Positions 29,973-38,798 of a stretch of 64,000 nucleotides of DNA are shown one piece after another (position 1 is the stretch's first letter; every line of letters begins with the position of its first letter). A program made the position numbers and the translations under genes. Origin of the DNA: a virus (taxonomy: Duplodnaviria; Caudoviricetes); the IMG/VR virus record IMGVR_UViG_3300033463_000085, positions 1 to 64,000 of that record. One strand, written 5' to 3'. The notes under the pieces are model-generated. The model was not told the DNA's origin. It saw nothing but the letters and a program-made list of their open reading frames with translations, and did no database searches.

Positions 29973-29999
29973 GGTTGGTGTGTGCCTTTGCTATATGTT

Positions 30000-30013
30000 G
30001 CCGAAGCCGTCAA
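30000..30013 (-). promoter_or_regulatory. Late-gene motif TTGAC-N5-CGGC
   Basis: TTGACGGCTTCGGC, 28 bp upstream of protease start. Confidence 0.7.
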
Positions 30014-30076
30014 CCTATCTCGCTCTTCATTTTCGCGGGGTCACGAAAATGGGCCGGAGCGGAACTGCTAGGGGCG

Positions 30077-30125
30077 AAAAAGAAACCGCCCGCAAGGAGG
30101 TTGGCTTTTCCCTTGCGGACGGCGG
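30077..30125 (-). terminator. Rho-independent terminator after polyprotein gene
   Basis: CCGCCGTCCGCAAGG...CCTTGCGGGCGG then TTTCTTTTT. Confidence 0.75.
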
Positions 30126-30148
30126 GTGCGAAGATTTCGCGTTCGTCG

Positions 30149-31891
30149 CTACAGCGCGGACATCCAAGCGATTGCGTTCTTGAGTCCGGCCACGGCCTTT
30201 TCAAATTCAGCGAGAAAAGGTTTCGCCTTGGCAATGACTTCCTTTGGAGTTTCCCCCTCAATTCTTGGTCCAAAACTGACATTAAGACCGGAATACAGAC
30301 CGTCTCCGAATGTATAGGCGGTCACATTGCCGAACTGCTTTTTGGTCATCGCGTTCGTGACGACTGCGTTCGCAACCTTGAATTCGCCGCGCTGCGTGTG
30401 GGCGCGTGGCGTCATCGTGAAGCCCGTCTTGCCTCTGCCGTAATCCACGAAGGCGAAAATGTAGTCCGGCTCGAACTTTGCCTTGAGCTGGTCGAGCGCG
30501 GGACGCGCCTTGCGGTCGGCGAGGATTGTGATTTTGCCGTTGCCACGCTCGATGAGGCTGGTCACGCCATCCGTGTAGCCCTCAAGCGAGCCTTGAGGGA
30601 ACTTCGTCTGGATGTTGGACTTGATGTAGCGAATCAACGGCTCGTTGGCGTTCTTGGCGACCGTGGCGTTCAGGGCCTTTTGGACGATTGGGTTTGTGCT
30701 TTTCATTTCGTAGTTCCTTGTTGAGTTTTTCGCTTTGGACGTGTCGTTTGCGGTGGAGGCGTTGGCATTTGCGGCCCGAAGGTGTCGTATGTCCATAACC
30801 CATGTACCGCCCTTGTCGAATCTTACTCTCGCCCGCTGGGGTTCTTTTGGATCATCCTCGAGCCATTCAATCGTCCCCGTCCCCATCGAGCCAAACTTTG
30901 AGGGTATTTCAACAACCCTCTGCCCCTCTTTGAACTTGGCGTTGGCGACAGCCTTGCGGATGCCCTTGGCCCACGATTCAGATACATTCGGGTCGATTCC
31001 GGCGCGTTCAAGAGTGCGGCGTGCGACGACCTTGCACGATATGCCTTCCTCGTCCTTGATTTCCTTGAACACCTCCTGCGCGTCCTCGCGGTATTCATTT
31101 CCGGCGAGGATGCAAGCGCCGGACATCGAGGGCGTGACAACGAACCATTGATACTTGTTCTTGTAGTTGAAATTCGCGGCCACGGCGTTAGGCATTACCA
31201 CGCGAAGAACCGCGCCCAACTGCTCTAGCTTCGCGCCGAGGCGCTTGGCAACAGTCGCCACATCGTGCTTTGCCTTTTCGTGGGCTGCGTCCGCATCCAT
31301 GTCTGATAGGTTGCGCTTGCACACCTTCCAGGCGGCAGCTTTCTTCTTGAGGGCTTCGACGAGGGCCGGGTCGGGCTTCTCGGCCGTGACGATTACATGG
31401 AAGTCGTCAATCCACTTGTCGTTTGCCGTGGCAGCGCTCCGGGCAAGCGGGTCCGCCACCTTAGCCTGCGCATTGCCAATGAGGTCTACGATGCACCCCG
31501 AGCCGAAGCGGCGATGGGCCTCCTTCTCGGCGGCCTTGTAGTTTGGGGCTTCAATCACTACGGAGCGGCCCGATTTTGTCGTCACGGCGAACTTGGCGTT
31601 CACATAGGGGTTGCCCTTGACGGTGAACAGAACGCCGTCGGCTCGCACATCTGCGACTTCTAGCTTGTCGCGGGGGAATCCCGGCTCTGCCATTATGGCG
31701 TCTGGCAAGCGGCCCTTGACGCCTTTCTTGTCGCGGAACTCGACCCACACGAACCACGCGTCCACCTTGGCGGACAGCTTGGGGCACTTGCGGTTGATTT
31801 CCCCGACGAGGACAGACGGCCTCCTGTTGGGGTCGTAGGTTTTCGTCGTGGCGTTCAGCGCCTTCTGCACTATCGGATTTTTGCTTGTCAT
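30149..31891 (-). CDS. Multidomain polyprotein-like protein, putative internal head cargo
   Basis: 580 aa; NPIVQKALNAT twice; short domains separated by AN/NA linkers; internal RBS+ATG at 30706. Confidence 0.75.
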   Translation of the reverse strand: MTSKNPIVQKALNATTKTYDPNRRPSVLVGEINRKCPKLSAKVDAWFVWVEFRDKKGVKGRLPDAIMAEPGFPRDKLEVADVRADGVLFTVKGNPYVNAKFAVTTKSGRSVVIEAPNYKAAEKEAHRRFGSGCIVDLIGNAQAKVADPLARSAATANDKWIDDFHVIVTAEKPDPALVEALKKKAAAWKVCKRNLSDMDADAAHEKAKHDVATVAKRLGAKLEQLGAVLRVVMPNAVAANFNYKNKYQWFVVTPSMSGACILAGNEYREDAQEVFKEIKDEEGISCKVVARRTLERAGIDPNVSESWAKGIRKAVANAKFKEGQRVVEIPSKFGSMGTGTIEWLEDDPKEPQRARVRFDKGGTWVMDIRHLRAANANASTANDTSKAKNSTRNYEMKSTNPIVQKALNATVAKNANEPLIRYIKSNIQTKFPQGSLEGYTDGVTSLIERGNGKITILADRKARPALDQLKAKFEPDYIFAFVDYGRGKTGFTMTPRAHTQRGEFKVANAVVTNAMTKKQFGNVTAYTFGDGLYSGLNVSFGPRIEGETPKEVIAKAKPFLAEFEKAVAGLKNAIAWMSAL

Positions 31892-31926
31892 AAGTGCTTG
31901 CCTTTCATTTTCTTTAAGTTAGCCCC

Positions 31927-31955
31927 TTGCGGGTGCGGGTTTGATTTGCTAAACT
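31927..31955 (+). promoter_or_regulatory. Sigma70-type promoter pointing antisense toward portal 3' end
   Basis: TTGCGG-17bp-TAAACT in the same CCCCTTGCGGG...GATTTGCTAA context as early cassettes. Confidence 0.6.
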
Positions 31956-32025
31956 ATGCACCGACCGAGGAAGAGTCGATGCACCGTCTAGGGCGTAAGC
32001 TGGGGCTCCGCAAGGGGATTGATAG
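31956..32025 (+). ncRNA. Candidate small structured RNA
   Basis: TGCACCGAC/GTCGATGCA hairpin, GC-GTAA-GC and CTCC-GCAA-GGGG GNRA hairpins downstream of promoter. Confidence 0.35.
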
Positions 32026-32029
32026 CACA

Positions 32030-34351
32030 TCACTCGCTCCTCGGTTGGCCTTTTATGATGTAGGCGGACACGATTTTCAGCGTCTTGCTTTTCGTGTCGG
32101 GAACCGCCTCCTGGACGGAAAGGTGTCCGTTGATGCGCTTGCGGATTTCAATTACGGGCGACGGCTTGTTGTCGCCGCCCTTGTATTCCTTCGAGAACAC
32201 CTGCTTGCCGTTCGCGTCCTTTAGGATGTTCACGCTGTCGAAGTGGTGCATGACATATCCGAGCCGCCCGAGGTGGCTTGCGTCCGCCATCGTCGTGTCG
32301 GCCTCGCCGTTTTCGCCGTGCCGCTTGTCGATGTGGCGGACATGGTTGCCCTGAAGCTCAATCTTCCATCCGGCGACATCTACTCCGAGCTTGTCCTTGA
32401 CCTCCTTGGCGAGCGCTTGCGGGGCCTTGCATATCTCGATGCTGGACTTGTTGCGCGTTTCGTCGTCGGCCTTCTGCATCCTCTCCACGAAATCCACGAC
32501 ATTCTTGTTCGTCGAAGCCTTGTATTCCGCGATGCTGTGCTGCTCCTCCGGCGAGTGCCCGTCCTTGTCGGCGGTCTTGCTGACCCCGTGGGTTTCGCAA
32601 TGCGTGCATCCGCCGTCTTTGCGCGTCTCGTAGCCGCACACCTTGCAGGGCGGATTGTGGCCGTTCGCCACGACGGCATTGGGAGCGGGCGCTGCGCCCG
32701 TGGGCTGCTTTGCAATCTGCTCGCCGAAAGCCTCGTTCATCTGCTCGGCGATGACCTCCGCCATAGCGGGGTCGTCTGGAATGAGGGAATCAAGCTCAAG
32801 GCGGAGCTTAGTTGCGGCCTCGGCCCGCTCCTCCTCCGGCATGGCGAGGATGGCGTTCAGCCTGTCGGCCACGGCCTTGAAGTCGTCCTGCAACGACGCG
32901 GCAAGTTCGCTCGCCGCGCCAGACGCGCCAGAAACGCCCTCTGCGGCGTTTGAGGCCACGGGGGGTATGGTTGCCCCTCCGGCGGCCTCCGGCGCTTTCT
33001 GCGTTGGCGTAGGCGGCGTTTTCGAGGGGTCGGGGACGACGATGCCGCGTCCGGGATTGCCGTTCAGCCCGAAACCGCCCCCGTCCGGCTCCTTTTTCTT
33101 GCGAATCGTGAAGCCGGAGAGCTGCGACAATTCGTTTTCGTCCATCTCGTATCCGGCGTTCGAGAACTTGCCCGCAAGCTCCGCCACCTCGTCGGGCGTG
33201 AGCTTCGCGGATGTGTCGAGCTGGAATTCCGCGAGGACTGGCTTGCCCTTGAAGTCCTTGCAGTCCTTGATGAGCTGTTCGCAAAGCTGCTTGTGGAACA
33301 CATTTGACAGGAGGCGGGTGTCGGCGCGGACAATCTGCTTCCACACCTCCATCTGCGCGTTTCCGGCGAGCGTTCCGCTTCCCGATTCCGCAAGGGATGT
33401 GAGCGTTCCGCCAGTCGAAAGAAGCACAAACAGCTTCATCTGATGCTCGATGAATTCCGTAAACGGATTCGTGCCGCGTGATTCGGAGGCATAATCCACC
33501 TCCGAGCCGAATGGAATAACGCCGGAGCGGCCCTCAAACACATTCTCCGCAGCCTGTAGGTAGTCTTTGACCTCTTTTTCAGATGTCAGCTCCGGCATGG
33601 TGATTATGACGGGCGGGAGGCCGTATGTTTCAAGGAAACGGCTCCAGTCGCGCTCGCCGACGGACGCGCGGAGGAATATCATGAGGGCGGGCCAGTCAAT
33701 CTGCCTCTTGCGTGCGACGACAATCGTATCGTCCGGCGGAAGGACGGTCATCTTCCCGTCCGATGCGGACGGCTCGGCGTAGGAGGATGCGTCAGGGTTC
33801 CACAGCCATTTGCGCTCGCTCCTGTCGTAGCACAGGTTCCAATGGTCGAGGCATTCGAGATGGTTTGGCATTCCGTCCGTGCCGAAGTAGGTGTTGAGGA
33901 CGGAGAATCCACGGAACGCGGAAAGCGCGAGGTGCTCGAACGCCTCGGGGAGGTTGTCGATTTTGGCTACGGCCTCTTCGAGGAATTCTATCTGCTCCTT
34001 GACGAGCCCCTTGTCGGCGTTCCTGTTCAGCCGTTCGTTGGAGCGGACTATGCGCCAGTCGAGTTCGGCGATTGCGGAGCATCGGCGCGTGACGCAGGTA
34101 AGGAATGTGGCGTCGCAGTTCTCGATTTCGTTGTAGAGGAACTGGAGCTGCGAGAAGTTTCCGCGCCGCGCCCAATCGTAGATTGTCTGCGCCCGCTTGG
34201 CGTCAATCTGCCACAGCGGGTTCATCGCCTCGAGCATGAGCGACTGTTCCGTCTTTTGCAGACGGCCCGCTATCTTTGCGGCGAACGAGCGCAAGAATCC
34301 CGGCGTCTGCGGATTCTGTGGCGCGGACGATGGTTTCTGTTGTTCTGTCAT
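32030..34351 (-). CDS. DUF935 (Mu gp29-like) portal fused to zinc ribbon and C-terminal PBECR3-like nuclease
   Basis: DWSRFLETYGLPPV, SGSGTLAGNAQ portal motifs; CKVC...CTHC; RHIDKRHGENGEAD...KRING...EAVPD...IVSAYI. Confidence 0.85.
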   Translation of the reverse strand: MTEQQKPSSAPQNPQTPGFLRSFAAKIAGRLQKTEQSLMLEAMNPLWQIDAKRAQTIYDWARRGNFSQLQFLYNEIENCDATFLTCVTRRCSAIAELDWRIVRSNERLNRNADKGLVKEQIEFLEEAVAKIDNLPEAFEHLALSAFRGFSVLNTYFGTDGMPNHLECLDHWNLCYDRSERKWLWNPDASSYAEPSASDGKMTVLPPDDTIVVARKRQIDWPALMIFLRASVGERDWSRFLETYGLPPVIITMPELTSEKEVKDYLQAAENVFEGRSGVIPFGSEVDYASESRGTNPFTEFIEHQMKLFVLLSTGGTLTSLAESGSGTLAGNAQMEVWKQIVRADTRLLSNVFHKQLCEQLIKDCKDFKGKPVLAEFQLDTSAKLTPDEVAELAGKFSNAGYEMDENELSQLSGFTIRKKKEPDGGGFGLNGNPGRGIVVPDPSKTPPTPTQKAPEAAGGATIPPVASNAAEGVSGASGAASELAASLQDDFKAVADRLNAILAMPEEERAEAATKLRLELDSLIPDDPAMAEVIAEQMNEAFGEQIAKQPTGAAPAPNAVVANGHNPPCKVCGYETRKDGGCTHCETHGVSKTADKDGHSPEEQHSIAEYKASTNKNVVDFVERMQKADDETRNKSSIEICKAPQALAKEVKDKLGVDVAGWKIELQGNHVRHIDKRHGENGEADTTMADASHLGRLGYVMHHFDSVNILKDANGKQVFSKEYKGGDNKPSPVIEIRKRINGHLSVQEAVPDTKSKTLKIVSAYIIKGQPRSE

Positions 34352-34390
34352 ATGTTCGGGGCTATGCGCATTGTGTGCTTCCTAATAAAT

Positions 34391-34404
34391 GGCGGCTGCG
34401 TCAA
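34391..34404 (-). promoter_or_regulatory. Late-gene motif variant TTGAC-N5-CGCC
   Basis: GGTTGACGCAGCCGCC, 40 bp upstream of portal start. Confidence 0.55.
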
Positions 34405-35690
34405 CCGAACCTCCTCCTAATGCCGACGGGCATCGCGATTATGCGCTTGCGGGCGGACGCCTTGATGTTGTCCTCCTGCGACATGCGGCCCGAGTCTATG
34501 CCGTGGTTGTCCCTGTCGGGAAGCCGCTCCTTCGGGGCTCCGTCCTTGTAGGTGTCGGATTCGTAGTGGGACAGCTCGTTCCAGCAGAAGGGGCAGCGCT
34601 CCGGGTCGCATACGAGCTTGGTGCGCGAGCGCATCCAGTTCACGCCTACCTCCGGCCAGTCGGGGGCCTTGTAGCAGGGCTTGAGGTTCGCGCCGAGGTG
34701 GTTTATGTTCTGATACCATCCGGCGGGGGCCGTGTCGGCGATTATCGGCGTGTCCTTGAGGCCCTTGCGGCAAATCATCTCGTAGACGGAATCGTAGTAG
34801 GGGTGGTGAAGGACGCCCTCGTCGAAATAGTAGAGGATGTCGCGGTCGTGGTCGTAGTATGTCCCCGTGAGGACTGTCGGGTCGTTCACGATGCCGAAGT
34901 CGAGGCCGTATCGCTTGTCTCGCCACGACGCTATCTGCTCGTCGGTAATCCGCTCGGCCTTGAGGTTGGCGAATATCTCGCCGCCCGTTCCGGTGGCCTC
35001 GCCGAGGAACACATGGCGGTAAAGCTCGAAGTTGGTCTTGCGCATGTGCTCGATGCGCGTCAGCACCGACGGCGGAAGCCAGCCCATCTCGATTATGTCG
35101 CGGTAGTCGGTGCGGTAGACCTTGCGTCCCGGAAACGGCTTGCACGCCTCGGAGTTTATCCAGTTGGCCGTGGACTTGGGCGGGTTGTAGGTGATTATCG
35201 TCGTGAAGGGGCGGTCGCTTCGCTGCATCGAGATTATGACATTCTCGATTTCGTCCCAGCTTGAGAATTCGTCCGACTCCTCGAACCACACGAGGCCCGT
35301 GTAGCCGAACGCGGGCTTCTTGGACTTGTGCTTGCGAGGGTCGTCGAGGCCGAGGAATGTTATGGTCTGGCCCGTGTCCTTGCGCACGAGGCGGAGCGGG
35401 TCGCCCCGCGTGTCGAACAGGTAGTCGGCGGCGAGGCGGTCTTCGCCGAGGGCGATTTTCAGCTCGTTCAGAACCGACCCCTTGAGGTCGACATGGTGCT
35501 TGCGGAAAACGACGGCGTGGCAGTCCTCGTTTCCGGCTGACGTAGTGCGGCCGCCCGTATATGTCGCCGCGAAGCTGGACTTCGCGCTGTATCGGCCACC
35601 CGGAAACCAAGCCTCCGTCGTCTTGCCCGTCACCATGTCGTTCCACGGCTCGTAGTAGACGGGTGCGATAAGCTGCTCTAGTGGTTTCAT
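34401..35690 (-). CDS. terL: Terminase large subunit (PBSX-like)
   Basis: GGRYSAKSS Walker A variant, WFEE Walker B, TYNPP, YGLDFG, DNHGIDSGR. Confidence 0.95.
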   Translation of the reverse strand: MKPLEQLIAPVYYEPWNDMVTGKTTEAWFPGGRYSAKSSFAATYTGGRTTSAGNEDCHAVVFRKHHVDLKGSVLNELKIALGEDRLAADYLFDTRGDPLRLVRKDTGQTITFLGLDDPRKHKSKKPAFGYTGLVWFEESDEFSSWDEIENVIISMQRSDRPFTTIITYNPPKSTANWINSEACKPFPGRKVYRTDYRDIIEMGWLPPSVLTRIEHMRKTNFELYRHVFLGEATGTGGEIFANLKAERITDEQIASWRDKRYGLDFGIVNDPTVLTGTYYDHDRDILYYFDEGVLHHPYYDSVYEMICRKGLKDTPIIADTAPAGWYQNINHLGANLKPCYKAPDWPEVGVNWMRSRTKLVCDPERCPFCWNELSHYESDTYKDGAPKERLPDRDNHGIDSGRMSQEDNIKASARKRIIAMPVGIRRRFG

Positions 35691-35704
35691 CTGTTCCGAT
35701 GATG

Positions 35705-35718
35705 GCCGTAAGCGTCAA
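35705..35718 (-). promoter_or_regulatory. Late-gene motif TTGAC-N5-CGGC
   Basis: TTGACGCTTACGGC, 15 bp upstream of terL ATG. Confidence 0.7.
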
Positions 35719-35788
35719 AACAACGCGGGTGGCGCGACACCTTTTCACTTGCGCCGAACCACCCGCGCCGCTTGCGCGTTCGAATTTC

Positions 35789-35920
35789 TTACTTCTTGGC
35801 CTTCGCCGCGCCCTTCGTGGCCGCTGGCTTCTTGGCGGCCTTGGCCTTGCCGTTCGTCACGGCCGCCTTGGACGGCTTCTTTACGTTCGTGACGGGCTTC
35901 TTTGCTGCGCACTTCTTCAT
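35789..35920 (-). CDS. Small Lys/Ala-rich histone-like peptide
   Basis: MKKCAAKKPVTNVKKPSKAAVTNGKAKAAKKPAATKGAAKAKK with AAGGAG RBS. Confidence 0.65.
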   Translation of the reverse strand: MKKCAAKKPVTNVKKPSKAAVTNGKAKAAKKPAATKGAAKAKK

Positions 35921-35961
35921 GGCTTGTTCTCCTTGTTTCGGGTTTTGTGGTTGTTGTTTCC

Positions 35962-36630
35962 TTAGTTCCAATCTTCCGACTGGAAATCGTATATGGCCCT
36001 GTGAAGGGCCTCAATCTTCTGCTCGCGGGTCGACTTCTTGGCGAAGAAGCGGTCGTATACTTCCCCTGCGGCGAACGCAAGAAGCTGGATTAGGAGCGCA
36101 AGCATGAATCCGATCATGACGCCGGAATGCTTGCGCTCGACCTGTAGCGCGAGGCGGTCGTTCGCATTCACGAGCCTGTCGGCGACGGCCACCGTGCTTG
36201 CGAGCATATCTTCGACAAGCAAGCCCTCGTTCGGGACGACCTGTTTCACGCGGTCGTCGTAGAGCTCAAGCATGAGGCTGTCCTTGGTGTAGACGATTTC
36301 CGGCATGAAGCCTAGGTTGCGCTGGCACCAGGCCTTTATGAAGCCCGTCGCGTATTTGCGCTCGCCGTCCGCCCCGATGATGAACTGCTCGCCAGTCGTT
36401 CCGTCCTCAAGCTGTCGCGGAGCGACGCGGGCCGTGACGATTTTCACGGTCTTGCCCTCGCCGTTCATCTTCTTGATTAGGTCGCACATCGGCTTTATCG
36501 GCTCGCCGATGTGGTTCAAGCCGCGCCAATGGTCGTAGACGGCAAGCGTCCCGTCGAGGTCGAAGCCGTACCATCCCTTGCCCTGTGCGCCGTGTGTGTC
36601 GGGCGCGTTTCCCTGTTCCTTTTCGCTCAT
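35962..36630 (-). CDS. HAD-superfamily phosphatase with C-terminal hydrophobic helix
   Basis: FDLDGTL, IVTAR, K...LYDDR motifs. Confidence 0.75.
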   Translation of the reverse strand: MSEKEQGNAPDTHGAQGKGWYGFDLDGTLAVYDHWRGLNHIGEPIKPMCDLIKKMNGEGKTVKIVTARVAPRQLEDGTTGEQFIIGADGERKYATGFIKAWCQRNLGFMPEIVYTKDSLMLELYDDRVKQVVPNEGLLVEDMLASTVAVADRLVNANDRLALQVERKHSGVMIGFMLALLIQLLAFAAGEVYDRFFAKKSTREQKIEALHRAIYDFQSEDWN

Positions 36631-36653
36631 TTTGCATTGCCTCCTGTTGTTTT

Positions 36654-37070
36654 TTACGCGGCGGGGATTTCGCCCTCGCCCTCGATGAACACCTCGAGGC
36701 CGTTCCTAAGGGCCTCTAAAAGCTCGCTCTTCGCGCCGACCGACTTCCGCCAGCCTTTCAGAAGATAGATTGCGTCGCAGCTGCGGACGGTCGCAAGTTC
36801 GTAGTCGCGGACGCGGAATGCGAGTGCGCAATCCTTGAAGTTGCGCTTGGCTTCGCCATACCGCTTGTCCGCCATCGGACAAACCTCCTCCCATTCGCGC
36901 AAGGCCGCAAACGACTTGTCGATTTCCGTTTGATTGGCGAACTTTGCGCCAATCACAAACGGATTCTCCACATCGTGGCCCTTTTCCGACAGCGCGACCT
37001 GCGCGTCGAGGAATGCCGTCTCGTTGAATCCGGGCATTCCGTGCATCGGTCCGGCTATGTAGATTCTCAT
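36654..37070 (-). CDS. DUF4406 (nucleoside deoxyribosyltransferase-like) protein
   Basis: MRIYIAGPMHG...ENP...CDAIYLLKGWRKSVGAKSE. Confidence 0.85.
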   Translation of the reverse strand: MRIYIAGPMHGMPGFNETAFLDAQVALSEKGHDVENPFVIGAKFANQTEIDKSFAALREWEEVCPMADKRYGEAKRNFKDCALAFRVRDYELATVRSCDAIYLLKGWRKSVGAKSELLEALRNGLEVFIEGEGEIPAA

Positions 37071-37264
37071 TTGAACCATCCCTCCCTGCGTCCCTTTTTC
37101 ACTCCAGCCTCCCATTTTGACTGCATGCGATTACGCAATGCCCTGGCGGATTTCAATAACGGCGCGTAATCGGAATGGAGGCTGCTCGCCCGCTCGATGT
37201 GCTCTATGGCCGTGTTCATGATGTTGCAGGCTTGCGTCAATTCCCTGTGCCCTTGCAAGTTCAT
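37067..37264 (-). CDS. Small hypothetical protein
   Basis: Coupled ORF. Confidence 0.5.
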   Translation of the reverse strand: MNLQGHRELTQACNIMNTAIEHIERASSLHSDYAPLLKSARALRNRMQSKWEAGVKKGRREGWFK

Positions 37265-37842
37265 ATTTCGTCCTCCTTTTTCTTCGGCGCTTCGGCATTG
37301 CCAGCGGCGACCTCATCGACATGGGACGCAAGCATATCCGCCGTGTGCGTTGCGATAATCTCACGCGGGTATAGCTTGAGCATCGCGTCGTATTCCTTGA
37401 GTTCCCGTTCGCCAAGGCCGAACGCGCCCATGTGGCCGACGATGGCGGCCTGTTCCGCCGGAAGGAGCGTAAGGCCAATCTCGGCGGCGATGATGAGAGC
37501 CGATGCAACGCCGTGTCCGGGATATGCAGGCTGCTTGCGGACTATGACGGTTTCATATCCAAAATTGGCGCGGCTGGGCTGTTCCGCGAAGTCGTAGCAT
37601 TTGCACTTGACGACATCGTGGAGCATCCCCACTATGAATGGAGATTGGCATCGGGGCCAGTTCACTCCCATTGTCTTTGTGAGGGCGAGAAGCCATGTCG
37701 TCACATTTACGGAGTGCTGGGCCAGCCCGCCTTTGATGGCGAGGTGGTGGTCTTTCGACGCGGGGGCGTCGAAGAAGCCGAGCGCACGAAGCTCGTCAGC
37801 GCTGACGGGGATGTGCGATAGATATTCGTCCAGTTTTTCCAT
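37261..37842 (-). CDS. HD-domain phosphohydrolase
   Basis: APAS..HH...GGLAQHS, MLHDVVK, GHG, GHMG, HTADM. Confidence 0.85.
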   Translation of the reverse strand: MEKLDEYLSHIPVSADELRALGFFDAPASKDHHLAIKGGLAQHSVNVTTWLLALTKTMGVNWPRCQSPFIVGMLHDVVKCKCYDFAEQPSRANFGYETVIVRKQPAYPGHGVASALIIAAEIGLTLLPAEQAAIVGHMGAFGLGERELKEYDAMLKLYPREIIATHTADMLASHVDEVAAGNAEAPKKKEDEI

Positions 37843-37869
37843 TGATTGTTTCCTTATGGGCTGTCGATG

Positions 37870-38100
37870 TCAGCAATAGTTCTTCGGTTTATGCCCGACA
37901 AGGAATTGCGGCTTGAATCGAGTGCATTTGCCACGGAATTTCTTGTCTACCGTGAAGCAGTTGCGCTTGAATGCGAGGGCGCAATAATCCGTGCAGTTGT
38001 CGCCGGAAACAACAATCGGCTTCTCGTTCAGCCTCGCAATCTCATCCCGCGTAAGTTCGCGGCCGTCCGGCGCATAAACCTTTCCAGTCCTGGAGTCCAT
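37870..38100 (-). CDS. Small Cys-containing hypothetical protein
   Basis: 76-aa ORF with RBS. Confidence 0.5.
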   Translation of the reverse strand: MDSRTGKVYAPDGRELTRDEIARLNEKPIVVSGDNCTDYCALAFKRNCFTVDKKFRGKCTRFKPQFLVGHKPKNYC

Positions 38101-38114
38101 TCCTCGCCCTCCCT

Positions 38115-38258
38115 TTATCCGCGACGGCGGCGGAAGCCCAGCTTGCGTTCGGCGGCGATGAACTTCGCCGTATGCTGTTCTCCGTTGTGCGGATTGAACT
38201 GCGCTATGTTGTTCTTCCGGCGGGCCATGCCCTGCCGAGTGTTCTTGGGGTATTTCAT
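38115..38258 (-). CDS. Small basic hypothetical protein
   Basis: MKYPKN start after A-rich leader. Confidence 0.4.
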   Translation of the reverse strand: MKYPKNTRQGMARRKNNIAQFNPHNGEQHTAKFIAAERKLGFRRRRG

Positions 38259-38301
38259 TTTGCCTGTTTCCTTTTCGTGTTTTGTTTTTCCTTTTGGTTT
38301 T

Positions 38302-38637
38302 TCATTGCTCCGGCCATCCCAGGGCCGAGCCGACAATCCCGACCGGAAGCCCTACCGGAAACGGTATGAACGCCTCCGCTATCGACAGCCGCTCGTATTT
38401 GTCGGTGAAATTGTTGTATGCGATTACGAAGTCGTCGCCGTCCATGATGAGGTCGGTCGGTCGCGTCGTCAGCGTCGGGTGTCTTGAAATCCACTCGTGG
38501 ACGACGCGCTCCATGTTCGCGACGGCCTCGCTTGCGAGGACGACCAGCTTCTTGTGCCATTCCTTGCGCAGGATTTCCGAGATCGACTCTGCCTCGCGCA
38601 AGTAATCCTCGTCTATGACAAGCCTGCGCTTCATCAT
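38302..38637 (-). CDS. Hypothetical protein
   Basis: Coupled ORF MMKRRLV. Confidence 0.55.
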   Translation of the reverse strand: MMKRRLVIDEDYLREAESISEILRKEWHKKLVVLASEAVANMERVVHEWISRHPTLTTRPTDLIMDGDDFVIAYNNFTDKYERLSIAEAFIPFPVGLPVGIVGSALGWPEQ

Positions 38638-38798
38638 TTCCGGCCTTTCTCGCGGTCGCGGCAGTATTCGCACGGCATGTCGCCGGGCCGTTCGCATCCT
38701 ATGGCGTAGCACCAGTCCATTGTCACGCCGTCGCGCGTCTCTCGGCGGCGGCGCTCGCACGGCTCGTGCTTGGCCTCGTTGCCGTCATTGCCGCCCAT
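38634..38798 (-). CDS. Small Cys-rich protein
   Basis: AGGAGG RBS; C..R...C...GC....PCEYC. Confidence 0.45.
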   Translation of the reverse strand: MGGNDGNEAKHEPCERRRRETRDGVTMDWCYAIGCERPGDMPCEYCRDREKGRK

